Source: Octopus bimaculoides (Eukaryota). From it: 64,000 nt of DNA. Position numbers and translations under genes: made by a program. The notes beneath the pieces were generated by a model. The model was not told where the DNA came from. It made no database searches and worked only from the letters and a program-made list of their open reading frames with translations. Shown here in pieces: positions 38,461-51,240 of this stretch. Each line of letters opens with the position of its first letter. Within the stretch, counting starts at the first letter, position 1. The stretch covers positions 21,711,804-21,775,803 of the forward strand of contig NC_068983.1 in the NCBI RefSeq assembly GCF_001194135.2, written 5' to 3'.

Positions 38461-38926
38461 AAGATCCATTACACTGGTTCTGCAAAGAAAAGTCTATGAG
38501 ATTTTGCAGACATGGATGTAGGATGTCTCTGCGTCTTTGATCTACCGTCTAATGACAGAATGAAATATAAACGATGGGGTTTACTTCAAGAGCCACAGAG
38601 TGAAAGATAGAGACAGAGAGAAACAGAGGAGAAAGTGAGGGAAGAAGAGAGAAAAAAAGAGTTAGGGAGGGAGAGTGAGAGATGGGGAGAACTACCCAGT
38701 ATATCTGGCAGAATAATTATCTCTAGTTTGTTTGGAGTTCATTTGGGCATTTATCGAACTTAATTCTTTTAGATTTCCATAGTTTTTCTCTTAATTCTTT
38801 CCATGTTTATATATGTTTATATCAAATATCCTTGATTCTCATGTACATTTGTATTACAAACAAATCATCACCTTACATTTTTCTTATTCTATTGTCTGGC
38901 AACTCCAGGCTAAAATGGAAAAAAAA

Positions 38927-38979
<53 letters not shown>

Positions 38980-39896
38980 NNNNNNNNNNNNNNNNNNNNN
39001 NNNNNNNNNNNNNNNNNNNNNNNNNNNNNNNNNNNNNNNNNNNNNNNNNNNNNNNNNNNNNNNNNNNNNNNNNNNNNNNNNNNNNNNNNNNNNNNNNNNN
39101 NNNNNNNNNNNNNNNNNNNNNNNNNNNNNNNNNNNNNNNNNNNNNNNNNNNNNNNNNNNNNNNNNNNNNNNNNNNNNNNNNNNNNNNNNNNNNNNNNNNN
39201 NNNNNNNNNNNNNNNNNNNNNNNNNNNNNNNNNNNNNNNNNNNNNNNNNNNNNNNNNNNNNNNNNNNNNNNNNNNNNNNNNNNNNNNNNNNNNNNNNNNN
39301 NNNNNNNNNNNNNNNNNNNNNNNNNNNNNNNNNNNNNNNNNNNNNNNNNNNNNNNNNNNNNNNNNNNNNNNNNNNNNNNNNNNNNNNNNNNNNNNNNNNN
39401 NNNNNNNNNNNNNNNNNNNNNNNNNNNNNNNNNNNNNNNNNNNNNNNNNNNNNNNNNNNNNNNNNNNNNNNNNNNNNNNNNNNNNNNNNNNNNNNNNNNN
39501 NNNNNNNNNNNNNNNNNNNNNNNNNNNNNNNNNNNNNNNNNNNNNNNNNNNNNNNNNNNNNNNNNNNNNNNNNNNNNNNNNNNNNNNNNNNNNNNNNNNN
39601 NNNNNNNNNNNNNNNNNNNNNNNNNNNNNNNNNNNNNNNNNNNNNNNNNNNNNNNNNNNNNNNNNNNNNNTCATTGTTTTAATGCCCACTCTTTCATGTT
39701 TGCAAGAGGTGTTTGTTGAGATAGATTGTCTCTGATTGGATGCTCTTCATGTCACCAACCCTCATTTGTTTCCCAAGCAAGGTAATGTTTCCCCAAGGCC
39801 AGACATGCTTTCACAGAATATTGGAAGTGAATGGCACTGGTTTATGTGACAGCTTACACTCATTCAGAACCATCACACATTGGTCAAAACAAGGAG

Positions 39897-39935
<39 letters not shown>

Positions 39936-41034
39936 ATACCTTACTTGGAAACAGGTGAATGTTGGCAACTGGAAAGGCATCCAGGCATCCAGCTGGAGAA
40001 AATCAGTCTGATCCATGCAGAATAGTGGACATTAAATTATGATGATGAAGATGATGATGATGACAATGACAGTGATTTAACTTAGAAGGAACGACTACCG
40101 TGTCAGTTCAACACAAATAGTAGGCATTTACTGAAATATACATTGAACGTCATACATTGAATTAACATTTCAAAGACTCGTAATAATCACCATACATATG
40201 TATATGTGTGCAAGGTTATATACAACCCTTTACAATCCTGAACCTTTTTTGTTTGTTCGTTTGTTTTTTTTTTTTTTTTATTCCTGTGCATATTCTATGT
40301 ACTATTCATGCAATTTTGGTTATTTTTTCTGATTAGTTGTGGAGCACCTGAGCACTGTATACAATAAATTCCTTATCATTTCATTATTGTTATTTCTGCA
40401 TGACTCTCAGTTCCTCTTGTCTACTTGCTGCCTCCATAAACGCATCACTTGAGTTGGACCACACACATCCTTCATGGCCCTCTGCTCCTACCTACATTAT
40501 TGATACACTATATAAATGTTTCAGGCCTCTACTTCTAACATTCTAAGGGCCTGGCCACATCTAGATCATAACTCCAAGTACAGGGGTCAATATATTTGAC
40601 TAAACCCTTCAAAGTGATGTCCCAGCATGGTTGCAGTCCAATGACTGGAACAAGTAAAAGATAAAAAATAAAGACAGTCATACCTGAGATGCTTATGATT
40701 ACTGATCCGCTAGGTCAAGGGAAACATGAAGGAGGATTCTAAAAAGCAACAACACAATCAAAAGAAACCTATATATTGATACCCAACCAGCAAGAAATAG
40801 TAGTCAAATTACCCTCAAATTACACTCCCAACTCTTTTGAAAACCGAAGGAACATTAGATAATGTAGAACTAAGTCTGGTCAAAAAGGAATGGAAGTGAA
40901 TTTCAAAAGATATAATTTCAACTGGACTGGTACCATATTTTTGGTACCTTGGATCTGAGGTACCTTAACTATCCAGGAGGGTTGCAATGCAGACAGTAGT
41001 ACAGAATATGGTAGTAGAAGGGTATCCAAGAGTC

Positions 41035-41545
41035 GGTGCAGGTGTGTGGTTCAGTGGTTAGGGTGTTGGACTGGTGATCATAAGATTGTGGTTTTGATTC
41101 CGGGACCAAGCAACACATTTTTCTGAGCAAAGCACTTCATATCACGTTGCTCCAGTCCACTCACCTGGCAAAAACGAGTAACCCTGCTACAGGCCAGTGT
41201 CCCATCCAGGTTGGGAATATATGTACCATGGAAACTGGGAAACCATCCTTTATGGGTCAGCATGACTAGAAATGGAAACTTCACATTTTGTGGAGGTGCA
41301 TGGCTTAGTAGTTAAGGTATCGGGTTCGTGGTCATAAGATTGTGGTTTCAATTCTTGGACTGGACACCACATTGTATTCTTGAGCAAAACCCATCATTTT
41401 ATGTTCCTCAAGTCCAGTCAGCTGGCAAAAATGAGTAATCCTGCAATGGCCCTGTGTTCCATCCAGGTGGGGAATATATATGTCACAAAACTGGGAAACC
41501 AGCCTTTATGAGTCAGTACGACTCATGAAGGAATACTTTACATTT
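41035..41545 (+). mobile_element. Two tandem copies of tRNA-derived SINE family C
   Basis: ggttcagtggttagggtg / ggcttagtagttaaggta heads; ttgagcaaa..cacttc..gctccagtccactca.ctggcaaaaa. Related fragments at 20625-20760 (+) and about 47010-47280 (-). Confidence 0.78.
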
Positions 41546-41794
41546 TACTATCCAAGGGTCATGACCTAGATTTCACCAGGCAATCTTAGAATCCTAGAAG
41601 TTGAGGCCCGAGACATTAATATGAGGGGAAGGTGGGTGGGGCTTCTTCTCTGATGACCGTCTGCTGTTCAGCTCTTCCTCAAGCTTCTTAGTACTATGTC
41701 TGGCAAAAAATGTAGGGGCAACCAAAATACCTCTGATCACACTGGATCAGAACCACTGTTGACCGAGGGCTAGAAAAAAAAAACAATAACGGCA

Positions 41795-41840
<46 letters not shown>

Positions 41841-42044
41841 TGTATTGGGAAAGTTAGGTGTACTGGAGTGCTAGGTGGGGGAGGGAGTGTCGAACAAAAT
41901 GGGTTGTACTAAACAAAGGGCAAATGATACCTGAGTTGAGATGCTCAAACAGATATATATTAGTATCAAGTCAGATTTATATAAATTTAGTTTGACAGCT
42001 GCTAAAGTATATTTTAGATTTTACATTATTTATAGACATACTCC

Positions 42045-42046
42045 AC

Positions 42047-42103
<57 letters not shown>

Positions 42104-42354
42104 CCTACCTACCTACCTACCTATATACCTACCTATTTATCTATTATCTATATATTTATCTCTTGACAGATAGACAGACAGACAGACAGATAGATAGATA
42201 GATACATACATAGATAGATAGATACATACATACATACATACATAGATGGACAGATAGAATGATAGACATACATATATATATATGTATGTGTGCTTGTATA
42301 AATATACCTATATTTATATTTGCACACATAACACAATTGTATGCCTATATGTAA

Positions 42355-42418
<64 letters not shown>

Positions 42419-42496
42419 ACACACACACACGTGTACATAAATATACAACATATATATATACATGCACACACATTACATACATATACACACACAACG

Positions 42497-42536
<40 letters not shown>

Positions 42537-42778
42537 TATATATATATATATATATATAAAACACATGCACACATACACACACATACATACACACACACAT
42601 ATGTAATATATGTACACAAATGTATATCTCTCCCCAAGCTATAAAACCATAGATGATTCAGTTTTAAAGTAGATATTAAAATTTTCATTGTCTTCTTTTG
42701 TTGTTGTTATTATTATTATTATTATTATTATTGTTGTTGTTGTTGTTATTATTATTATTGTTATTATTATCATCATAA

Positions 42779-42818
<40 letters not shown>

Positions 42819-42830
42819 TTTCTTTCTTCC
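42045..42830. repeat. (CTAT)n/(GATA)n, (TA)n, (CA)n and (ATT/GTT)n microsatellite block
   Basis: Direct reading. Confidence 0.95.
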
Positions 42831-43009
42831 CTTGTCAATAAATAGCTTTGAAGCTCTCACTATGAGAGCAGCTGATGCTACATTAATAGGGGAACGGTCA
42901 GTGATGGGTCAAAGGTGACAAACTGATCTAACAATTGATGTCTACCTAGCCAAAGCTGGCTTGCTTGGGGAACACTAAGAAAACTAACTGGTCTAACTAT
43001 ATACTCAGC

Positions 43010-43567
43010 ATCACGATCACAATGATATTGATGACGATGATGTTGATGATGATGATAACGATGATGCTACTGCTGAAGACAGCTCTGATAGTGGCTGGAG
43101 TAGTGGCTGTAATGTTGATGATGATGATGATGATGGTGATGATGATATTGTTCGTAATGTCAGTCTAAGGTTATGAGGAGAAAAGGTGCTTTGTATTAGT
43201 GGATAGTGTCATTGAAATAGTTCATGTTGTTGTTGTTGTTGTTAGTGGTGGTGATGGTGGTGGTGGTGGTGGCGGCGGCGGCGGTGGTGGTGGATGGTGG
43301 CGGTGGTGGATGGTGGTGGTGGTGGTGGTATTGTTGTTGTTGTTTAGCCCCCAAGTACACACACACATATATACACACACATATACACACGTACCTATAC
43401 ACACACACACATATATACACACGCACATCAGTCCTGACTGAGAAGACATTTGATCGAAGGCATTTCAACCATGTCCACCTTGTCCTTTTTTTATTCTTAT
43501 CATCATCATCATCATCATCATAATCATCATCTTTCACCTCCTCTTCTTCCTCCACTTACTCTTCCTT

Positions 43568-43602
<35 letters not shown>
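43010..43602. repeat. (GAT)/(GGT)/(GGC)/(CAT) trinucleotide block
   Basis: Direct reading. Confidence 0.93.
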
Positions 43603-44274
43603 GTAATATCCGCTTTCCATCCTGGCATGGGTTGGATAGTTTTGACAAGATTGGGCAAGCCATAAGGTTCCTTTGAACTCCAATGCAAGCTTTGGCATCG
43701 TTTCTGGGACAGGATGTCCTTCCTAATGCCAACCATTTTACCATGTGTAGCGGATCACCATAAGTAACTTGCAAGACAATAAAATGAAAGTAAAAGTAAA
43801 AGTAAAAGGAAGACACTCCTTTGACTGAGAGGGAGTTTATTTGAGAGAAGGGGAAGTTGCTTTGTGCCAGATGTCAAGAGGCTAAAGTATGAAAGAGGAA
43901 CAAGCACAGGTCTCTTGCTATAAAGGAGACACATGGCCATCCTGCATTATATAACAATGGTAAGAAGATGGTAGTGACGGAGTGCTGGAGTAAGCTTTTA
44001 AGGGAGTAGAAGTTGAGAATAAGAGAGTATACAGACAGTGGATCAAGAGTGGAAGGAGGGGGTGATTAGTTTCATTGAAGTGTGAAGAGAGAGAGTAATA
44101 AGTGTGGGACAAACCCCCACCTAGGGTAAAACCTCCTAGAAAAAAAAAAAAACCTAGGAAAAATCCCTGAGGACAAAACCCCTTAAAACAAAAACAAAAA
44201 AAGCAATTTTTAAATCGTAATTTTAATTCCTATTATTTGTATTTTATGAATACTTCTTTGAGATGTAAAATACT

Positions 44275-44685
44275 GGTTTCAAATTTTGTGGGAGGAGTTA
44301 AGTTGATTACATCAACCCCAGTACTCAACTGGTACTTATTTTATTGACCCCGAAAGGATGAATGGCAAAGTCAACCTTGGCAGAATTTGAACTCAGAACA
44401 TAAAAACAGACGAAATACCGCTAAGCATTTCACCTGGCGTGCTAATGTTCCTTATTTCTTTATTGCCCACAAGAGGCTAAACATAGAAGGGACAAACAAG
44501 GATAGACAAAGGGATGAAGTCGATTACATCAACCCCAGTACATAACTGGTACTTAATTTATCGACCCTGAAAAGATGAAAGGCAAAGTCGACCTCGGCGG
44601 AATTTGAACTCAGAACATAACAGCAGACGAATGACCACTAAGCATTTCGCCCAGCATGTTAATGATTCTGCCAGCTCGCCACCTA
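44275..44685 (-). mobile_element. Two adjacent SINE B copies with different tails
   Basis: Two gaaaggatgaa.ggcaaagtc.acct cores. Confidence 0.8.
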
Positions 44686-45328
44686 AAACAAACACAATAT
44701 CGGAAACCTCATTAAGTGCTGTGGTTTATTTAAAGTTCAGTTTACTACAACTTGATGCAGTGTCTATTCAGAAATTCCTCCATGGTCTTCGTCTCATTCA
44801 CATAGTCTTGAGGCGGGTTTTTGTACTAGGGAGCTTTTTTCTGGACCTTCAAGAGTAACAGATGGTTGTAGATGGGGATAGGGGTGAACGTAGTCAGTGA
44901 TCAACAAGAACAGATGTGTGTTTGATGGAAAATACCCGTAGGCACTGCATTATTTAACATGCAAAAATCTGCAGAAACTCATTGGACCATACTGGTTCCT
45001 GCACAATGGTCCCAAATTAGCAAACTGCTTTGGTGCCTTTAGTAATGCCTTGTCTTTTGCAAGTATTAAAATCAGCCCTCTAAAGAACTAAATACTTCCA
45101 TATGCAGCTTCCTACGCTCAAAACACATCAGTCATGGTTTCTTTCACTTTTCACTGCCACCACACCAATCCCAGTGGAAGGAGGAAATGGAACAGTCATG
45201 ACCATTCCATTTCCTCCTTCCACTTAGCTATAAAAAAACAACCAATTCTTGCTTTTTATTTGCCTTTTCCATTTGCCTTTCTATTTGATTTTAAATTCCA
45301 TGACTGACACTTTCATGTCCATATTTCT

Positions 45329-45563
45329 TATTTCTTTATTGCCCACAAGGGGCTAAACATAGAGGGGACAAACAAGGACAGACAAAGGGATTAAGTCGAT
45401 TACATCGACCCCCAGTGTGTAACTGGTACTTATTTAATCGACCCCAAAAGGATGAAAGGCAAAGTCGACCTCGGCAGAATTTGAATGCAGAATGTAATGG
45501 CAGACAAAATACTACTAAGCATTTCGCCCGGTGGGGTAACGTTTCTGCCAGCTCGCCGCCTTA
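45329..45563 (-). mobile_element. Full-length SINE B with 11-bp TSD
   Basis: TSD tccatatttct at 45318-45328 and 45564-45574. Confidence 0.9.
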
Positions 45564-46104
45564 TCCATATTTCTAATAACTGCCCTGCCAATGTGTTCCA
45601 ATATGAAGCAGATTTTGAAAAAGGTTTAGTAAAAGATCTGTAACTTTATATATTAGTATATATTATAGTTGGTGCTAACCAAATATAACTTCATGTTATA
45701 TTCAGGTTTTGGGATTTTAACTGGAATGTAAAATGTAAATCTGAATACTTTTAGCACAGGTGGTCTCAGGTAGGTTGGTATTAAAATTATTGTTATTTTA
45801 TGTCCTCGTTGGCTGTATTCTATAAAAGCCTATTCAATGTGGTAGAATGCAGGGTCAAAGGATGAATGGAATATGAGTAGTAGCAGGGTTAAATATGCTT
45901 TGAAATATTAAGTTACATCCCTGAAATTCAAACAAGCAGGCGTCACTGTGCCTCATATCCCTCAAAAGGTTGATAATGTTTTAAACACAAGTAATGTTAT
46001 AAGAAGGGATTCTTACCCTTTTCCCTGCAATTCTGTAGCCTTGGCCTAATGTAAGAAATTATTATTTAAAAATGACCGAAATGGGAAAATGGAACGTATC
46101 TTAC

Positions 46105-46177
46105 TTGTTTTTTTCTTTCTCTATCTCATTCTTCAAACTTTGTTCTGCTTCATCGGGGTTATCAGGATCAAGCTTTC
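46105..46177 (-). CDS. KIF6: KIF6 internal exon, phase 1-2: (G)KLDPDNPDEAEQSLKNEIEKEKN(K)
   Basis: Acceptor aaacctttttcAG and donor GTAAGA; 73 bp. Resembles recalled KIF6 PDQQEEKLRSQLEEEKR. Phases match both neighbours. Confidence 0.88.
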
Positions 46178-47364
46178 CTGAAAAAGGTTTAAAAAAAACA
46201 AAAACAAGCATTACCATCATCACCTTCATCAAATCATAACAACAGCAACATCATGATGATGATAATGGTGGTGGTGGTGAGGATGATATCTAAATCAAAT
46301 ATTAAAAGATTTATATGAGGACATTAACAAAATAACAATAAATACAATAACAATGGAAGATACACTGGTATTGACAGAAATTCAAGTATATCTGAGAGAA
46401 CACAAAGCAAAAGCCTTGAATGCAATAAAGCAAAAAAAAAAAAAAAGAAAAAAAAACTCAATGGATCTGAATGGACAAAAAATAAACATTAAAAATCACA
46501 CTATCATCACAAATATGACTCACCACATTTAGCACAAAACCCACTGAACTGCAAATTACTGGAATGGTTAATCCCCTGGGTTTGTTAAGGTCTTCAATTT
46601 CAAGATGAAGCATCTGACCAGCATTCATGGCAGTGTTGCTGAACAAGCTCTTATGGACCTGAATCTAGCTCTTTTTTTTGTTTAATGTAATCAACTCAAG
46701 TTTTTTGTATTTTGCACTGAGTTCCTCCCTCAGATCTAATTTTAATAATTACGCTCTACCACTTGAAACCGGTGTGGGTTTATTTACATCCCCAAGACTT
46801 AGTAGTCTATCAAAAGAGAATAAACAGAATAATAAGTACCTAGGAGGTAATATACCAAGACATATTACCTCCTAGACTCAATGTACAAACAGAGGAGAGG
46901 TATAAGCATACATCAAGTACAATATATGAAAATGAACTGATTAAATTTGTTAATTAAATTGATTATTAACTGCAAAGGGATAAGAAGTGTAGCTAACTCT
47001 TGTGGAATTTGATCTCTGAATCTAAAAATCACATGATTACATTACCGACCAGACAATCAGATGTTGTTACACATTGCTGGTCACAGTGCACTTTGCATCA
47101 TTTTAGCCATCAAATGGTTAGGTGAGTAGACCAGCATTCCCCCTTGATCAAAAGGGGACTGGAGCAATGTGAAATGAAGTGTTTTGCTCAAGAACACAAT
47201 GAACCACCCAGTTTGGGAATCAAACCCATGATCTAAGAACCAGGAGTGCAACAGCCTAACCATTAGACCACGTGCCTTCACAAATCTAAAAATGGAGTAT
47301 TTAAATATACCAAAGTTACGTGTAGTTTGTACTCTGTTCCTGTTAATCTAATAATTTAGAATTA

Positions 47365-47594
47365 TTACTCTACTCTTTTTACTCTTTTACTTGTTTCAGT
47401 CATTTGACTGCAGCCATGCTGGAGCACCGCCTTTAGTCGAACAAATCAACCCCAGGACTTATTCTTTGTAAGCCTAGTACTTATTCTATCGGTCTCTTTT
47501 GCCGAACCACTAAGTTACGGGGACGTAAACACACCAGCATCGGTTGTCAAGCGATGTTGGGGGGACAAACACAGACACACAAAGACACACACAC

Positions 47595-47663
<69 letters not shown>

Positions 47664-47827
47664 CAACGGGCTTCTTTAAGTTTCTGTCTACCAAATCCAC
47701 TCACAAGGCTTTGGTCGGCCCGAAGCTATAGTAGAAGACACTTGCCCAAGGTGCCACGCAGTGGGATTGAACCTAGAACCATGTGGTTTGTAAGCAAGCC
47801 ACTTACCACACACCCACTCCTGCGCCT
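47365..47827 (-). mobile_element. Full-length SINE A
   Basis: Tail (tactctttt)n to head ccactcctgcgcc. Confidence 0.88.
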
Positions 47828-48050
47828 AGAGAATTATTTTTTAATTATTAGAGAATTATTAGAATTTTAGAATTATTACAAAGCTGTGCAGTTTTAGATG
47901 AGATGTATCTTCAATTGAGCTGATCCCTCACCAAATCCTTGATACTTATTGTATTGACACCAGATCAATCAGAATATGAAATTATCTGCAGAAAGATTTG
48001 AACTCAGATTAAAAGAAAGGAGATATCAAGTATGTGGATATGTAGATATA

Positions 48051-48452
48051 AGTTGGTTGGTTGGTTGGTTGGTTGGCACTCTGTCGATTACAATGACGAG
48101 GGTTCCAATTGATCCGATCAACAGAACAGCCTGCTCATGAAATTAACGTGCAAGTGGCTGAGCACTCCACAGACACGTGTACCCTTAACGTAGTTCTCGG
48201 GGATATTCAGCGTGACACAGTGTGGCAAGGCTGACCATTTGAATTACAGGCACAACAGAAACAAGAAGAAAGAGTGAGAGAAAGTTGTGGTGGAAGAGTA
48301 CAGCAGGGTTCACCACCACCCTCTGCCGGAGCCTCGTGGAGCTTTAGGTGTTTTCGCTCAATAAACACTCACAAAGCCCGGTCTGGGAATCGAAACCGTG
48401 ATCCTACGACTGCGAGTCCGCTGCTCTAACCACTGGGCCATTGCGCCTCCAC
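48051..48452 (-). mobile_element. tRNA-derived SINE family D with (CCAA)n tail
   Basis: Minus strand begins ggaggcgcaatggcccagtggttagagcagcggactc..ggtttcgattccc (A and B boxes). Confidence 0.82.
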
Positions 48453-49418
48453 AGATATAGGTTATGCAGAGGAGATATCAGAAATGTGGAGGAGATAAAA
48501 GACATGCAGAGGAGATATAGGAGATGAGACAAAATATTGTAAACTATTTAGTCTTCTCTTTTAATATTAGCAGCAATCATCAGAAGAATTATGCTGATGG
48601 TTTCTTTTGACAGAATGATAAAAGCCAACATTGTATGATGCCAAGAACATTCAGACTATTCTTTATGTCACAAATGTCAAGAAATGTCATCAAAAATGTC
48701 AGCAAAAGAAAGATATCTTTGCTGCTAAGAATAAACATCTCAACAAAAGTTTTCAAAGCTGTGTAGTGTATTTGACCAAAATAACTATGTAACTACACAA
48801 CTGATGAAGTATTTTCACATACATTTGCATCTCTTTGTTTCTTTGTCACTGCTATTGTTAATAAGATAAACAGGGTCTTCTATATGGTTGCTAGAACTGC
48901 TAGACATAACAGTCAAATTTCTCTCATATTGCACTCTAACATGATGTCATCTGAGATGACATCATGTTAGGGCACATTTTGTTTCTTTATCTTTTCTATT
49001 TACTTTTTTTTTAACTTTTTTACTTGTTTCAGTCATTTGGCTGCAGCCATGCTGGAGCATCACCTTTTATAGTCAAGCAAATCAACCCCAGAGCTTATTC
49101 TTTGTAAGCCGAGTACTCATTCTATTGATCTCTTTTGCCAAACCACTAAGTTACGGGGACGCAAACACACCAGCATTGGTTTCCTAGCGATGCTGGGGGA
49201 CAAACAGACACACACACATACATCGCCATGATAGATCGCTGACCACTACACACATTATTTTTCTCTCCTTTTTTTTCTCTCCTTGTTTCTTTCTGTGTTC
49301 CTTTCTGTTGAAAGTGTAGGCTTGAAACGTTAAAGACTTTCTCTATTCCCGAGCATTATACATCCATTTGTTGTCTACACAACCTGTCTTCGTCTGTTGT
49401 TTTTTCGTGAATTCTCCC

Positions 49419-50095
49419 TAATCCCCTGAGATTGCAGATAATATTTCTGAATCTCTTTGATTCTTTAGATGTGCTGGCCTCCTGATAATTAATCGATATT
49501 AATTAATATATGACTAATTACCAGATTTTATAATAATATTTTACCCATTGCCCATGTTCTCATACTGAATATATAAGATGCAGTAAATATTTTCTGCAGA
49601 TATATTCCTGGAATTAGAGCGCCAAAATGAAGACTTTTGAATTTTACCATTAAGTTGTAATTAGCAGAACCATATGCACGCGCACCCATGGCGGTGGGCA
49701 ACTCTGTATACGATTCTGATGATTACGGTTAAATTGCAAATCAGGCTGATGAGGAATAAACAAATAGTAAGAATTTGTTAAATCCGAAACTAGTTCCTGT
49801 TTAATAATGCTTTTTTAGGTGATTTTAAATGTCTTGCCCGCTCACGTTTTTGGTATGCTGCTATATTTCATGTTGAGAACAATTTAGGTCTTAATAGACA
49901 CAAGATGTGATCTATTTCTAGCGCATTAATTGTCCACGTTAGTGGTCGACGTTATTTTTTGAAAAATGTACCTTAATCCCCTGAGATTGCAGATAATATT
50001 TCTGAATCTCTTTGATTCTTTAGATGTGCTGTCCTCCTGATAATTAATCGATATTAAATAATATATGACTAATTACCAGATTTTATAATAATATT
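49419..50095 (+). mobile_element. Non-coding 555-bp unit with 122-bp direct terminal repeats carrying the hammerhead motif (retrozyme/Penelope-like non-autonomous element)
   Basis: 49419-49540 and 49974-50095 are direct repeats with 2 mismatches. No long ORF; the hammerhead lies between the repeats; TA run at the 3' flank. Confidence 0.6.
49742..49799 (+). ncRNA. Type I hammerhead-ribozyme-like motif
   Basis: CAGG-CTGATGA-[GGA..AACAAAT/ATTTGTT..TCC]-GAAA-CTAG-T-T-CCTG. Intact core; stem I CAGG/CCTG; stem II GGA/TCC plus a 7-bp hairpin; palindromic stem III ACTAGT; predicted GUU site after 49795. Confidence 0.75.
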
Positions 50096-50461
50096 ATATA
50101 GATATATATATATATATGCGACGGGCTTCTTCCAGTTTCCGTCTATCAAATCCACTCACAAGGCTTTGGTTGACCTGAGGCTATAGTAGAAGACACTTGC
50201 CCATGGTGTCACACAGTGGGACTGAACCCAGGACCACGTGGTTGGTAAGCAAGCTATTTACCACATTGCCAGCCACTCCTGCGCCTATTGGTAATAAAAT
50301 AAACAGGGTCTTCTATATGGTTGCTAGAACTGCTAGACATAACAGTCAAATTTCTCTCATATTGTGCCCTATCATGATGCCATGCATATACATTTTAGTA
50401 AACGAAGACAAATTGTCATAGATATAAGAATATATTATAAAATATTTGGTTCTGAACTCAC

Positions 50462-50512
50462 CTTGTAGTCCACACTGTAACCTGTGCTGTTCCATTTTAG
50501 ACTTCAACTGAT
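50462..50512 (-). CDS. KIF6: KIF6 (kinesin-9) internal stalk exon, phase 1-1: (N/D)QLKSKMEQHRLQCGLQ(G)
   Basis: Acceptor ttctttctttctcAG and donor GTGAGT; 51 bp. Aligns by eye to recalled human KIF6 GHLKEEITQRHIQQVALG. Its last G joins GA of the next exon to give Gly. Confidence 0.88.
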
Positions 50513-50569
50513 CTGAGAAAGAAAGAATCAATAGGGAGACATCGCATACAGAAGAGGGGACGATGTTAA

Positions 50570-51240
50570 AAGCAATGGTGGTCATTGTGATGATGATGAT
50601 GATAATGGTGGTGGTGGTGATGATGATGGTGATGATGATGATGATGACAACAACAGTTGTCGTAAGGGCAGTGACAGTGATAATGAGGATGATGAACTGC
50701 GCTATCATCATAAAGATGATGATCATAATGATAAAAGGTGACTATGAAAAATGATGGCAATGGCAATGATGATGATGATGATGATGAGGAGGAGGAGGAG
50801 GAGGAGGAGGAGGAGGAGGACAATGACTGTAATGAAGATAATGATAATGATGATGCTGAACAGCACCATAAAGGTGATGATCGTAATGATGAAGGTGACA
50901 TTGAAAATGATGATGATGATGATGATGATAATGGTGGTGGTGGTGGTAGTGGTGGGGGGGGAGTGATGGTGGGGGTGATGATGACGAGGATGATGATGGG
51001 GGTAGTGCTGGTGGTGGTGGTGACAGAGGTTGGTGACGGTGGTGGTAGTGAGGATGATGATGATGACAATGAAGGGGAGGAGGGTTACAATGAGGATGAT
51101 AGTGATGGTGGTGGTGGTGGAGGTGGTGGCGGCAGCGGCGGCGGCGGCGGAAGTGTCGGTGGTGTTGGTGGTGGTAGAAATCACAACAATAATGATAACG
51201 ATGATGGTGATGATGTCTGTTATAACTATCACCACCATCT
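50570..51240. repeat. Long compound trinucleotide microsatellite just upstream of the KIF6 50512 acceptor
   Basis: (GAT)/(GAG)/(GGT)/(GGC) tracts; all its ORFs are homopolymeric. Confidence 0.95.

Larger units (their letters stand above)
48990..50286 (-). mobile_element. SINE A split at its internal microsatellite by a composite insertion (49222-50095)
   Basis: Tail half at 48990-49221 and head half at 50110-50286; flanked by a long direct duplication. Confidence 0.8.

Noticed and set aside
44700-45100. Possible RTE endonuclease remnant on the minus strand
   Set aside because: Similarity too degraded to support by eye.
46524-46658. 135-bp open frame with a GTGAGT donor
   Set aside because: Phase 0-0 is incompatible with the phase-1 KIF6 intron it lies in; purine-rich acceptor; no homology.
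48380-48452. tRNA-like heads as true tRNA genes; short repeats as CRISPR arrays
   Set aside because: The heads continue into SINE bodies and lack a full cloverleaf; no repeat-spacer array exists in this eukaryotic sequence.
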